Shown here: positions 18,527 to 26,304 of the stretch, in pieces | Layout: every line of letters starts with the position of its first letter | Numbering within the stretch: the stretch's first letter is position 1 | Origin: Bryobacterales bacterium | GTDB taxonomy: Bacteria > Acidobacteriota > Terriglobia > Bryobacterales > Bryobacteraceae | Reading direction: 5' to 3' | Length of the DNA stretch: 64,000 bases | NCBI GenBank assembly: GCA_019261985.1 | Contig: JAFAQY010000106.1 | Span: 22,214-86,213 of the forward strand | The notes under the pieces: generated by a model | Database searches by the model: none | Told to the model about the DNA's origin: nothing | The model's input: the letters and a program-made list of their open reading frames with translations, nothing else | Translations under genes and position numbers: made by a program

Positions 18527-19502
18527 TTTGACACGCCGCGCTGCGCTGCGCGTGGGCGCCGGTCTTCTCGCGGCGGCTCGGATGCGGGCTGCCGGTAAGC
18601 GAATTCCGCTAGGCGGGAATGTTATCCTTCCCGGCGCCACGGCCGTCTCAACTCTGGACGGACAGATTGGATACCGTGAGATTGACGACCCGGTTGTTCT
18701 CGCGCAAGAGCACAAGCGGCTCGGCTACACGGCTGCCTTCTGTCCCGAGGCGCGTCCGGGCGACACGGCAAGAGTGAATGCGATCCGCAAAGCTTTCGCG
18801 GACGTAGACGTGCTGATCGCGGAGGTCGGCGCATGGCGCAACATGATGACGCCTGATCCTGGCGCCAAGAAAGCGAATCTCGAATACGTAATGCAGCGGC
18901 TGGCTCTGGCCGACGAGCTGGGCGTGAAATGCTGCGTGGACATCGCTGGTTCATTCGATGGCAACACCTTGTCCGGGCCCCATCCCAAGAACCTTTCCAA
19001 AGAGTTCTTCGATGGCACCGTGGAAAACTGCCGGAAGATTCTGGACACTGTAAGACCCAAAGTTGCCAAATTCTCGATCGAGATGAAAGCCTGGGATATC
19101 CCTGACGGGCCGGATTCTTATCTGGAGCTCATCCGCGCCATTGACCGGACAACGTTCGGCGTACATATCGACATCTGCAACATCATTAGTTCGCCGATCC
19201 GGTACTACAACAATACCGCGCTCATTCATGAAACCTTCCAGAAACTTGGCAGGTGGGTGTTGTCCTGCCACGCGAAGGATCTTCGTTGGGTTCCACAGGT
19301 CAACGTAAATTTCGAAGAGGTCCCGCCGGGTGACGGCGGCATCCCGGGGCAGGGCGGCGGAGTGGATTACCATGCCTACTTGACTGAGGTGGCCAAGCTC
19401 GGCGTTCCACTGATGCTGGAACACTTCAACACGAACGAAGAGTTTTTGAGAGGTGCACGATATATCCGCAGCGTGGCAGGGAAACTAGGCCTCTCTATCT
19501 AA
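18477..19502 (+). CDS. Tat-exported xylose isomerase-like TIM-barrel protein, paralog 4
   Basis: The ORF track starts at 18429. The ATG at 18477 has an AAGGA sequence 11 nt upstream. An alternative TTG at 18528 lies right after the PQQ gene stop. Twin-arginine signal SLTRRAALRVGAGLLAAARMRAAG. TIM-barrel body with CHAKDL and LMLEH. Confidence 0.7.
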   Translation: MSRSVPAGEWRPSGYRSLTRRAALRVGAGLLAAARMRAAGKRIPLGGNVILPGATAVSTLDGQIGYREIDDPVVLAQEHKRLGYTAAFCPEARPGDTARVNAIRKAFADVDVLIAEVGAWRNMMTPDPGAKKANLEYVMQRLALADELGVKCCVDIAGSFDGNTLSGPHPKNLSKEFFDGTVENCRKILDTVRPKVAKFSIEMKAWDIPDGPDSYLELIRAIDRTTFGVHIDICNIISSPIRYYNNTALIHETFQKLGRWVLSCHAKDLRWVPQVNVNFEEVPPGDGGIPGQGGGVDYHAYLTEVAKLGVPLMLEHFNTNEEFLRGARYIRSVAGKLGLSI

Positions 19503-20051
<549 letters not shown>

Positions 20052-20204
20052 TACGCAAGGGTATCTGACATTGCTTCCGCTCAGACGGTGTCTGTTGGGG
20101 AGCCGGTTTGGCAACCAGTCAGACGCAAGCCGGACCGCGAGCGTTGGAACCACGGGGGTATTGGCTTACTATGGCGATCCGAAAGGGGAGGTTGGCGTCC
20201 GGGA

Positions 20205-21299
20205 TCAAGGTAAAACGACCATGCCGCCGGTCATGTCATTATTCAAATCCCACGTCGTTTCGTGCTTAAACGTGACGGCATCGTAAACGTCGATCTCGAA
20301 TCCCGCCCCGTACATGTATAGCTTCGCGCCGTTGGCTGAAATTCCGAAACTGTACCGCGATCTGCAGGGCACTTCACCAGTGCGGGCGAGTTTACTGGTG
20401 CCAAGATCGAGCCCCCAAAATTCGCAGCGCTTGTTGCCTAGGGTTCCGTTCGTGATAACGGTGTAGCCCATTTTCTTATCCGGCGTGACGCGCAGATTCG
20501 TCATTGCGACCGGCGCTGGGCCCATGGCCGTGAAATCGAACTTTCTGGTGTTGAGGTCGAATCGCGCCAAGCCGAATACGCGATTGTGAACGATCGGATC
20601 GGAAAAATTGAATATCGCGACGTGTTCTCCCGGTTGGCTAATCGATTCCAGAAGACCTCCGAGTCCGAGATTTTCGATCGCGGGAGCGTCCGGCTGCGCG
20701 AGATCGATCTTCTCAACGATGCTGAAGTCGGAGGAATTCAGCACGGTTACCGTGGATCCGAATTGATAGAGGTATTTTCCGTCCGGAGAGACTTCGAATC
20801 CGCCACCGTTGCGGCCGCCACCCCCTCCTCCGCGCCCCCCCCGGCCGGGCTCATCTTCGGGCTGATCCACCGTCTTCACGATCTTCTGCTGCGCCATGTC
20901 GATGATCGTGTATTTAGGTTTACCGATCGCGTAACGGTCGATTTGCTTCGTGATTTCAATCGTCGAAGCGTAAAGCAGCTTTCCTTCTGGGTCCGGAGCG
21001 CCTCCATTTATCCGATACCGGTGGGTTGCATCGTCCAACACAAAATGATTCGTAATCTTGCGCGAGGCGAGGTCTAGAACTTCGAACCCACTATGGTCAT
21101 TCGTGCTTACGATAATGGATTTTCGATCGTACGAGAGCCGCAAGCCCCTGGGAAGTCCCGTTACCAGATGAATTCGGTCAACGATTTTGCCCTGAGCTTC
21201 ATCGATTACGAGAATCCGATCCGGATACGCGCCGGCGAAAATCGTGCCTCCGCTCGCGATGGCCGAAATAAGACCGAGACTAACGAAAATTAGCTTCAT
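20205..21299 (-). CDS. qhpB: QHNDH beta subunit-like 7-bladed beta-propeller (locus 1)
   Basis: The ORF runs 20205-21374. The start is placed at MKLIFVSLGLISAIASG (signal peptide), 23 nt after the qhpC stop. Propeller-like repeats are present, and the gene sits immediately downstream of qhpA-D-C. Contains a Gly/Arg-rich insert, GRGGRGGGGGGRNGGG. Confidence 0.7.
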   Translation of the reverse strand: MKLIFVSLGLISAIASGGTIFAGAYPDRILVIDEAQGKIVDRIHLVTGLPRGLRLSYDRKSIIVSTNDHSGFEVLDLASRKITNHFVLDDATHRYRINGGAPDPEGKLLYASTIEITKQIDRYAIGKPKYTIIDMAQQKIVKTVDQPEDEPGRGGRGGGGGGRNGGGFEVSPDGKYLYQFGSTVTVLNSSDFSIVEKIDLAQPDAPAIENLGLGGLLESISQPGEHVAIFNFSDPIVHNRVFGLARFDLNTRKFDFTAMGPAPVAMTNLRVTPDKKMGYTVITNGTLGNKRCEFWGLDLGTSKLARTGEVPCRSRYSFGISANGAKLYMYGAGFEIDVYDAVTFKHETTWDLNNDMTGGMVVLP

Positions 21300-21322
21300 A
21301 ATCTTCACTCGGGAAACACCTG

Positions 21323-21694
21323 CTATGGGAACACCAAATCCAGGTTCCGCCAATCCTTCGTGGCGGCGGCGCACTTACCCGCCCAATCGGGATAGTTGTT
21401 CAAGTGATCGGGAACCTGCGCCGGCCAGAAACATGTGACGTAGCAATCATAGATATCGCGCTCCACCGGTTGGCACAATCCAGCGGTTCCACCGGAGGAA
21501 TCCACCTCCCATCCCGGAGAAAACGCCAGCGCGCATCCCATAGGCACGTGCGGACGTGGCGGGGGCGCCTGATTTGGTTGGTTCTGAAGAGCCACTACAT
21601 CATCGTCTGAATGTCGCTCCGATTGCGGCCGTATTGCGGGATCCATATGCTCGATGCGGCGCGCCTTTTTGTTTACTGCTCGCAAATGTTTCAT
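21323..21694 (-). CDS. qhpC: QHNDH gamma subunit precursor (cysteine tryptophylquinone and thioether-crosslinked peptide), locus 1
   Basis: The ORF track extends to 21799, but the ATG at 21694 overlaps the qhpD TGA (ATGA). The core is GCALAFSPGWEVDSSGGTAGLCQPVERDIYDCYVTCFWPAQVPD...DWRNLDLVFP. It carries Cys7/Glu16, Cys27/Asp33, Cys37, Cys41, Trp43 and Asp49 at canonical spacing (numbering as recalled from the Paracoccus/Pseudomonas enzymes). Confidence 0.8.
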   Translation of the reverse strand: MKHLRAVNKKARRIEHMDPAIRPQSERHSDDDVVALQNQPNQAPPPRPHVPMGCALAFSPGWEVDSSGGTAGLCQPVERDIYDCYVTCFWPAQVPDHLNNYPDWAGKCAAATKDWRNLDLVFP

Positions 21695-23130
21695 AGCGCC
21701 TTCCTTTCCGCGAATTTTTCCAGAAACTCTGGATTTTCCGCGCTGATGGTACCGAAAATGCGCAAACAGGTGTCCGTCCAATCCCTGATCCAATCGCAAT
21801 AATGCAAATTAGGATGGCCGGTGTCGCCGTAACGAACGAAAGCTTCGTGATGGCAGCCGCCGGCACACAGCGGGCGCGCCCAGCATGTGTGGCACTCGTA
21901 CTTGTTATTGATATGGCCGCGCTGCAGAAAATCCGTCTGTTTAGCGCGGTCCACTCCGGTAGCGATGTTGCCCATTGCGTGAGTATCGGAATCGACGAAG
22001 CGATGGCACGGAGCGATATCTCCAGACGGCCCTACTCCCATCAGGCCCAAGCCGGCGCCGCACGGATGGGATTTGTTGACTCCTTGATAAAGCTCGGCGA
22101 TCGTGTCGCTCACGTTGGTGAACCCGTGCATTTCGCCACGCAGCGCATATTCCAGGTATTCGCCCGCGAGGATGTGGAACTGTTCCAACACTCCGTTCAT
22201 ACCTGGCTCATTGATGGCGTACAAACGATCGGGCGAAGTGGTGACGGGTGCGAATCCGACTTCATGAAAGCCAAGGTCGTCTTTCAAGTGCCTGTAAATG
22301 CGCACTACATCCGTCACGCCATTCGTCAACGTAACCCGCGCCGTAATGGGACGGGTGCGGTGGCCGTGAATCAGCGCTTTCACCCGCGGCTCAATCACGT
22401 CGTAGCTTCCACGGCCGTTCGCGAAAACTCGCAGCTTATTATGCAGGTCGGGTGGACCATCCATGCTTACGGTCACGCCGATTCGGTTTTCCGAGAGGAA
22501 TTCGATAATTGCGGGAGTGAGCAGCGTCGCATTGGTGGTCAAACTGAAATCGATGCTCCGGCTCTTGGCGGCCGCGCGCGCGTTGGCATAGGTCACAACA
22601 CGCTTGAGCAACGGAAAGTTCATCAGCGTTTCCCCGCCGAAGAACGTGATATGCACGGCCCGCCGGCCGGAGGAATTCTCGAGCAGAAAGTTCACCGAGC
22701 CCTTAGCGGTCTCAATGTCCATGAACTTCGGCTTGCCGTCCGGAGTCGCTACCTTGTCTTCTCCGAACTCATAGCAATACTGACACGACAGGTTGCACTG
22801 GTTGGTGAGGTTCATCACCAGACTTTGCATGGGAAAGTCTGGTGGAGGCGGCTCCAATGGCTCGGTTTCCGCATGGACCGGCACGATCGCCCGCACTTGC
22901 GCTAGCTCGTCTATCAATTCCGCTGCATCGTTATAGGCGAAGTCGCGTTGCATCAGTCCCGCGACGAGTTCCTCGCGAGTCGCTCGCTTCCCGGCAAGCT
23001 CGCCGACCACCGCGGCCGCATCGGAATCTATTTCGAAGATGGCCCCCGCAGGAACTACATACAGGAACTTGCGGCCGCCGCCTTCAAAACTGTGAAACTC
23101 GCCCAGCCGGTACGCTGCGCCCGCACTCAC
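21691..23130 (-). CDS. qhpD: Radical SAM/SPASM peptide-crosslinking maturase, locus 1
   Basis: CNLSCQYCYE is the CX3CX2C radical SAM motif. The C-terminal SPASM cysteines are CGAGLG...CHRF...CHTCWARPLCAGGCHHE. The likely GTG start at 23130 overlaps the qhpA stop (GTGA). The ORF track's TTG at 23154 is the alternative. Confidence 0.85.
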   Translation of the reverse strand: MSAGAAYRLGEFHSFEGGGRKFLYVVPAGAIFEIDSDAAAVVGELAGKRATREELVAGLMQRDFAYNDAAELIDELAQVRAIVPVHAETEPLEPPPPDFPMQSLVMNLTNQCNLSCQYCYEFGEDKVATPDGKPKFMDIETAKGSVNFLLENSSGRRAVHITFFGGETLMNFPLLKRVVTYANARAAAKSRSIDFSLTTNATLLTPAIIEFLSENRIGVTVSMDGPPDLHNKLRVFANGRGSYDVIEPRVKALIHGHRTRPITARVTLTNGVTDVVRIYRHLKDDLGFHEVGFAPVTTSPDRLYAINEPGMNGVLEQFHILAGEYLEYALRGEMHGFTNVSDTIAELYQGVNKSHPCGAGLGLMGVGPSGDIAPCHRFVDSDTHAMGNIATGVDRAKQTDFLQRGHINNKYECHTCWARPLCAGGCHHEAFVRYGDTGHPNLHYCDWIRDWTDTCLRIFGTISAENPEFLEKFAERKAL

Positions 23131-24917
23131 TTGGTCACCTCCGGTTGGTCCCAACGTATGTAAGTAGGAATCGTCACCACAAGATAAGACTTGCCCACCA
23201 GCGGCTTCCCATCTTTATCTTTCTCGTTCTTTGCAGTTGCCACTACCCAGACGTTGCCGTAATTGTTTCGGCTGAATTTGCGCTGGGGGTTGGGACCGTC
23301 GAGGTTGGGAGTGAATAGACCGTGGCCGTCGAGCGTTCCTACGAATTCCTTGTCGTCGTCGCCGAAAACGGAATAGAACTCCTCGATAGACCAACTGACA
23401 TCTATGGGTCCTAATTCAATGTCGTCGCCGGTGCGCAGCTTACCGTCTTCGCCGCGGTGGTACGCCATTACTTCGAGTTGCTGATAGCCCTTGGGATGTG
23501 GAGATTTTGAATCGCCACCCAACCGCGCTAGCGAAGCTTCAGGTAACACCTTGATGTAATCCACCTTGTCGTAAACGGCAAGAGCACCCTCCAGCACCGA
23601 ATTCCGGAATGACACATCGCGCTTTCCCGGAACAGCGGTGGAAGCGACATCTAACTGCGCAACAATTTCGGTGGACGTGTGGGAAGCGATCGACTTTACC
23701 GTGATGCCCGAACCAAAATCCAAATCCCCAACGGCAACCTGCGCGGGCAGATTGCTCCCGATTAACCGTAGTTGCTGGCCCTGCGATCCCGTTTTGACCG
23801 AATAACGATCGATCGTGAGCAACGTGGGTTCCGGGGTAGCGCGTTTGAGCGTCACGTCCACGCCGAATTCCTGATACTCGCCCCAGAACCACCGGCCTTG
23901 CGCCCAGGTCTGATCCGGCGAGATCCACAGTGCCTCGCGCATTTCGGCCGATAGATCGTTCGGGACCGGGTTGGCTGGAGCGGATGTGCCTTTAGAACGG
24001 CCGCGCCAAGAGTAGCCTGCATATACCAATCCCGTGCCGATTCTTGAAATGGCGGCTCCGCCGCCGACCGGCTGCAACTTAAGAGAAGTCGTAAATTCGT
24101 CGTCGGCAGCTCCGGGCGAGATGATCAACTCGCCGTGGTATTTTCCATGTCCGGGGATATGCGCGGAAATCAACCACCGGCCTGCGATTTTGGGCGATCG
24201 CATGCGCGCGCGCCACGCGGCCCACTCCGGAGTGCGCAAGCCGTAATTCTTGCCAAGAAAGTCGAGCGTGATGTCGAGAGAAATGTTTGCCGCGTTCGCC
24301 GCGGCAGCGGCATCGCCACCGCCGCCGCCCTCGCCGCCTCCGTTAGGTCCCGCGCCGTTTCTTCGAAACGCCGCGTCTGCCTGCTGATAGAGCGCCGAAT
24401 GCAGATCGGCGAGCAAGGACCACTCCGCGCGCGTCCGGCGCCACTGGAATGGACGTCCCAGAGCATGACAGTTCATGCAGGTAGCACGAATGGAGTCGTT
24501 TGGGATGGTTTCATCCTGAATGCGATGCTCGGCCATATACATCACGGGCTTAGCTTCTTCCGGCGCCAAACCGTGAGACGCGCTCAGGTATTTCACGATC
24601 GCCTTGGCGTCGGCCGGCTCGAGCGTGAGCCCGTTCAGGCGCACCATGCGTTTGATGGCCTCTTCCCACCCCTCCGGAGTGGTGCGAATCCACGAAATTC
24701 GCGTTAAATTGTCCTTCTCGTCCTTCCGGTGACAGCTCGAGCACTTGCTGACGGTGAGGGTGTCTGTGACAGGGATTCCCTCTTCCTGAGCTTCGGCCGC
24801 GCCGCCGCGGCCGGTGGCGTTGCCCCCTCCGCGTCCATTGCCTCGGCCTTGGCAAAAGGCCGGAGAGGACAGCGTGATTATCCCTAACACGAGACCAATG
24901 GCGATCGAATTCTTCAT
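23127..24917 (-). CDS. qhpA: QHNDH alpha subunit-like di-heme cytochrome c protein, locus 1
   Basis: 596-aa ORF with a signal peptide. Two CxxCH motifs (CSSCH, CMNCH) lie in an N-terminal domain containing RISWIRTTPEGWEEAIKRM, followed by long beta-rich domains. Two Gly-rich low-complexity inserts are present. Confidence 0.8.
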   Translation of the reverse strand: MKNSIAIGLVLGIITLSSPAFCQGRGNGRGGGNATGRGGAAEAQEEGIPVTDTLTVSKCSSCHRKDEKDNLTRISWIRTTPEGWEEAIKRMVRLNGLTLEPADAKAIVKYLSASHGLAPEEAKPVMYMAEHRIQDETIPNDSIRATCMNCHALGRPFQWRRTRAEWSLLADLHSALYQQADAAFRRNGAGPNGGGEGGGGGDAAAAANAANISLDITLDFLGKNYGLRTPEWAAWRARMRSPKIAGRWLISAHIPGHGKYHGELIISPGAADDEFTTSLKLQPVGGGAAISRIGTGLVYAGYSWRGRSKGTSAPANPVPNDLSAEMREALWISPDQTWAQGRWFWGEYQEFGVDVTLKRATPEPTLLTIDRYSVKTGSQGQQLRLIGSNLPAQVAVGDLDFGSGITVKSIASHTSTEIVAQLDVASTAVPGKRDVSFRNSVLEGALAVYDKVDYIKVLPEASLARLGGDSKSPHPKGYQQLEVMAYHRGEDGKLRTGDDIELGPIDVSWSIEEFYSVFGDDDKEFVGTLDGHGLFTPNLDGPNPQRKFSRNNYGNVWVVATAKNEKDKDGKPLVGKSYLVVTIPTYIRWDQPEVTK

Positions 24918-25078
24918 AGCGGCCCCTCAGGTACAACCGGAATGCCTCCCCGGCGCGGAAGGCTTAAGCGATTCAGATAACTTGGACGGGGGTTGGAAGT
25001 CCGACTTGGACTATTGCGGTTACGCCGCCGCAGCCTACATCGGCTGCATGCTGGCGCGAGTGCTTCTATTTCCTATCT

Positions 25079-25106
25079 ATTGTTGGATAACACTCGGATA
25101 ATGTCA
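25079..25106 (-). promoter_or_regulatory. Candidate sigma70 promoter for qhp locus 1 (-35 TTGACA, 16-nt spacer, -10 AACAAT)
   Basis: Reverse-strand sequence TTGACATTATCCGAGTGTTATCCAACAAT, about 160 nt upstream of the qhpA ATG. The spacer contains the direct repeat GGATAA-N5-GGATAA (plus-strand view). Called on sequence pattern only. Confidence 0.3.
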
Positions 25107-25125
25107 ACGCTTGTTCTGCATATTT

Positions 25126-26253
25126 CTATTGTTTTTGTCCGGCCAATGCTAATACCGAGTATGCCGTCGCCGCGTCACTCATAAACCGTCCGGCGTCGGA
25201 TGTGGGATCGCGTTGTTTGTTCAGCGAGGTCGCGATCCACCGGCCTGTATCCCGGTCCTGATTTTTGGAGAGCCATCCAAGAGCACTCTTCAAATGCGGT
25301 TCGCCGGTTGAGGTCCCGGCCCGCTCTAGCGCGAGCGCCACGAGTCCGGTGGCATAACCATCGCTGTTTGTATCGAGCTCGGTCGAATCCCTGCGCTTCC
25401 AGCCTCCAATTACCACGGACGAGGTGCTCCAGCCGCCATCGCTCCGCTGTTTACTAAAAAGCTCGTTCACAATCGCTGTTCGGTCGGAGGGCTGCAGAAT
25501 CCCAGGTACACCAGCCCCTGCCCAGAGCAGCACGGCTTTGTTCAACAACGATTGGCGCGCAGCATTCCGCGCGAGATAGCCGGCGAGTAAAGCTACATTC
25601 GCCTTAACCTGTGCTTCTGACTGGTACTCCCTGGGCGCGTTGCCTACAGCGATCGCCGCCAGCGTCGCACCCCAGAATTGCGAATCGTCCGCTTCCCACG
25701 GCTCGTTGTGAAAATTCAGCCAGGTAAAGGCGCCCGCGGAATCGCCGGTTTTAAGTTGCAAGGCCCACATGTTTTCAAAAGCCTTGCGGGCATCGTCGCC
25801 GAGCTTGCCATCGCGCGTATCATAGCTCGACAGGACCAGCGCGTTAAGAACGGATTCCGTGCCTCGGGCCTCGGCCGTCTTCGGCGGCCCATTCTTTTCG
25901 TCACTGTAGAAGGGCAGGGCCTCGGGCCAGATGCGAATGCGCTTGGCCACGTTCGCGATCAATTTGCGTTCACCGGCTGAGGGGCCGTTCTCGGAAAGTC
26001 GCGCGCGCAAAGCCGGCCGCCCCAGGGCGTAAGGAACAGCTGTGTGGCACGAAATACAAAACGTATCGTGATCTCGAGCGGCGGATGGCCAGGTTGTCCA
26101 CCACTCGAATCGCTGGTCCAAGTACGCGGCCGCGGCTTTGGCATTCCATGAAGCCGCCGTATTGGCGGAGTCCGAGGCATCCGCGGCAAACGAAGCCGCG
26201 GGTACTAGCAGGCATGCAACCGAAAGCGGAATAGTCTTCTTCATTGACCTCAC
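25126..26253 (-). CDS. Secreted protein with one CxxCH heme-binding motif and prenyltransferase/terpene-cyclase-like alpha/alpha-toroid repeats
   Basis: 375-aa ORF with a signal peptide. CISCH motif near the N-terminus. Repeats such as RSDGGWST and SDGYATGLVALALERAG are typical of the squalene-cyclase/prenyltransferase repeat fold. Function unknown. Confidence 0.5.
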   Translation of the reverse strand: MRSMKKTIPLSVACLLVPAASFAADASDSANTAASWNAKAAAAYLDQRFEWWTTWPSAARDHDTFCISCHTAVPYALGRPALRARLSENGPSAGERKLIANVAKRIRIWPEALPFYSDEKNGPPKTAEARGTESVLNALVLSSYDTRDGKLGDDARKAFENMWALQLKTGDSAGAFTWLNFHNEPWEADDSQFWGATLAAIAVGNAPREYQSEAQVKANVALLAGYLARNAARQSLLNKAVLLWAGAGVPGILQPSDRTAIVNELFSKQRSDGGWSTSSVVIGGWKRRDSTELDTNSDGYATGLVALALERAGTSTGEPHLKSALGWLSKNQDRDTGRWIATSLNKQRDPTSDAGRFMSDAATAYSVLALAGQKQ

Positions 26254-26304
26254 CTCTTCTGACCTAACCTCCTCGGCTGCTTCCGAATATACGATATTTG
26301 TGCG

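Noticed and set aside
21802-22905. Long plus-strand ORF (367 aa) antisense to qhpD1. Similar long antisense ORFs lie at 4233-5162, 35611-36327, 37575-38276, 40495-41403, 53540-54145, 11181-11945 and 33317-33973.
   Set aside because: Each lies entirely inside a gene with strong family motifs on the other strand. Their products are Arg/Gly/Pro-rich with no recognisable motifs, which is typical of shadow ORFs in GC-rich DNA.
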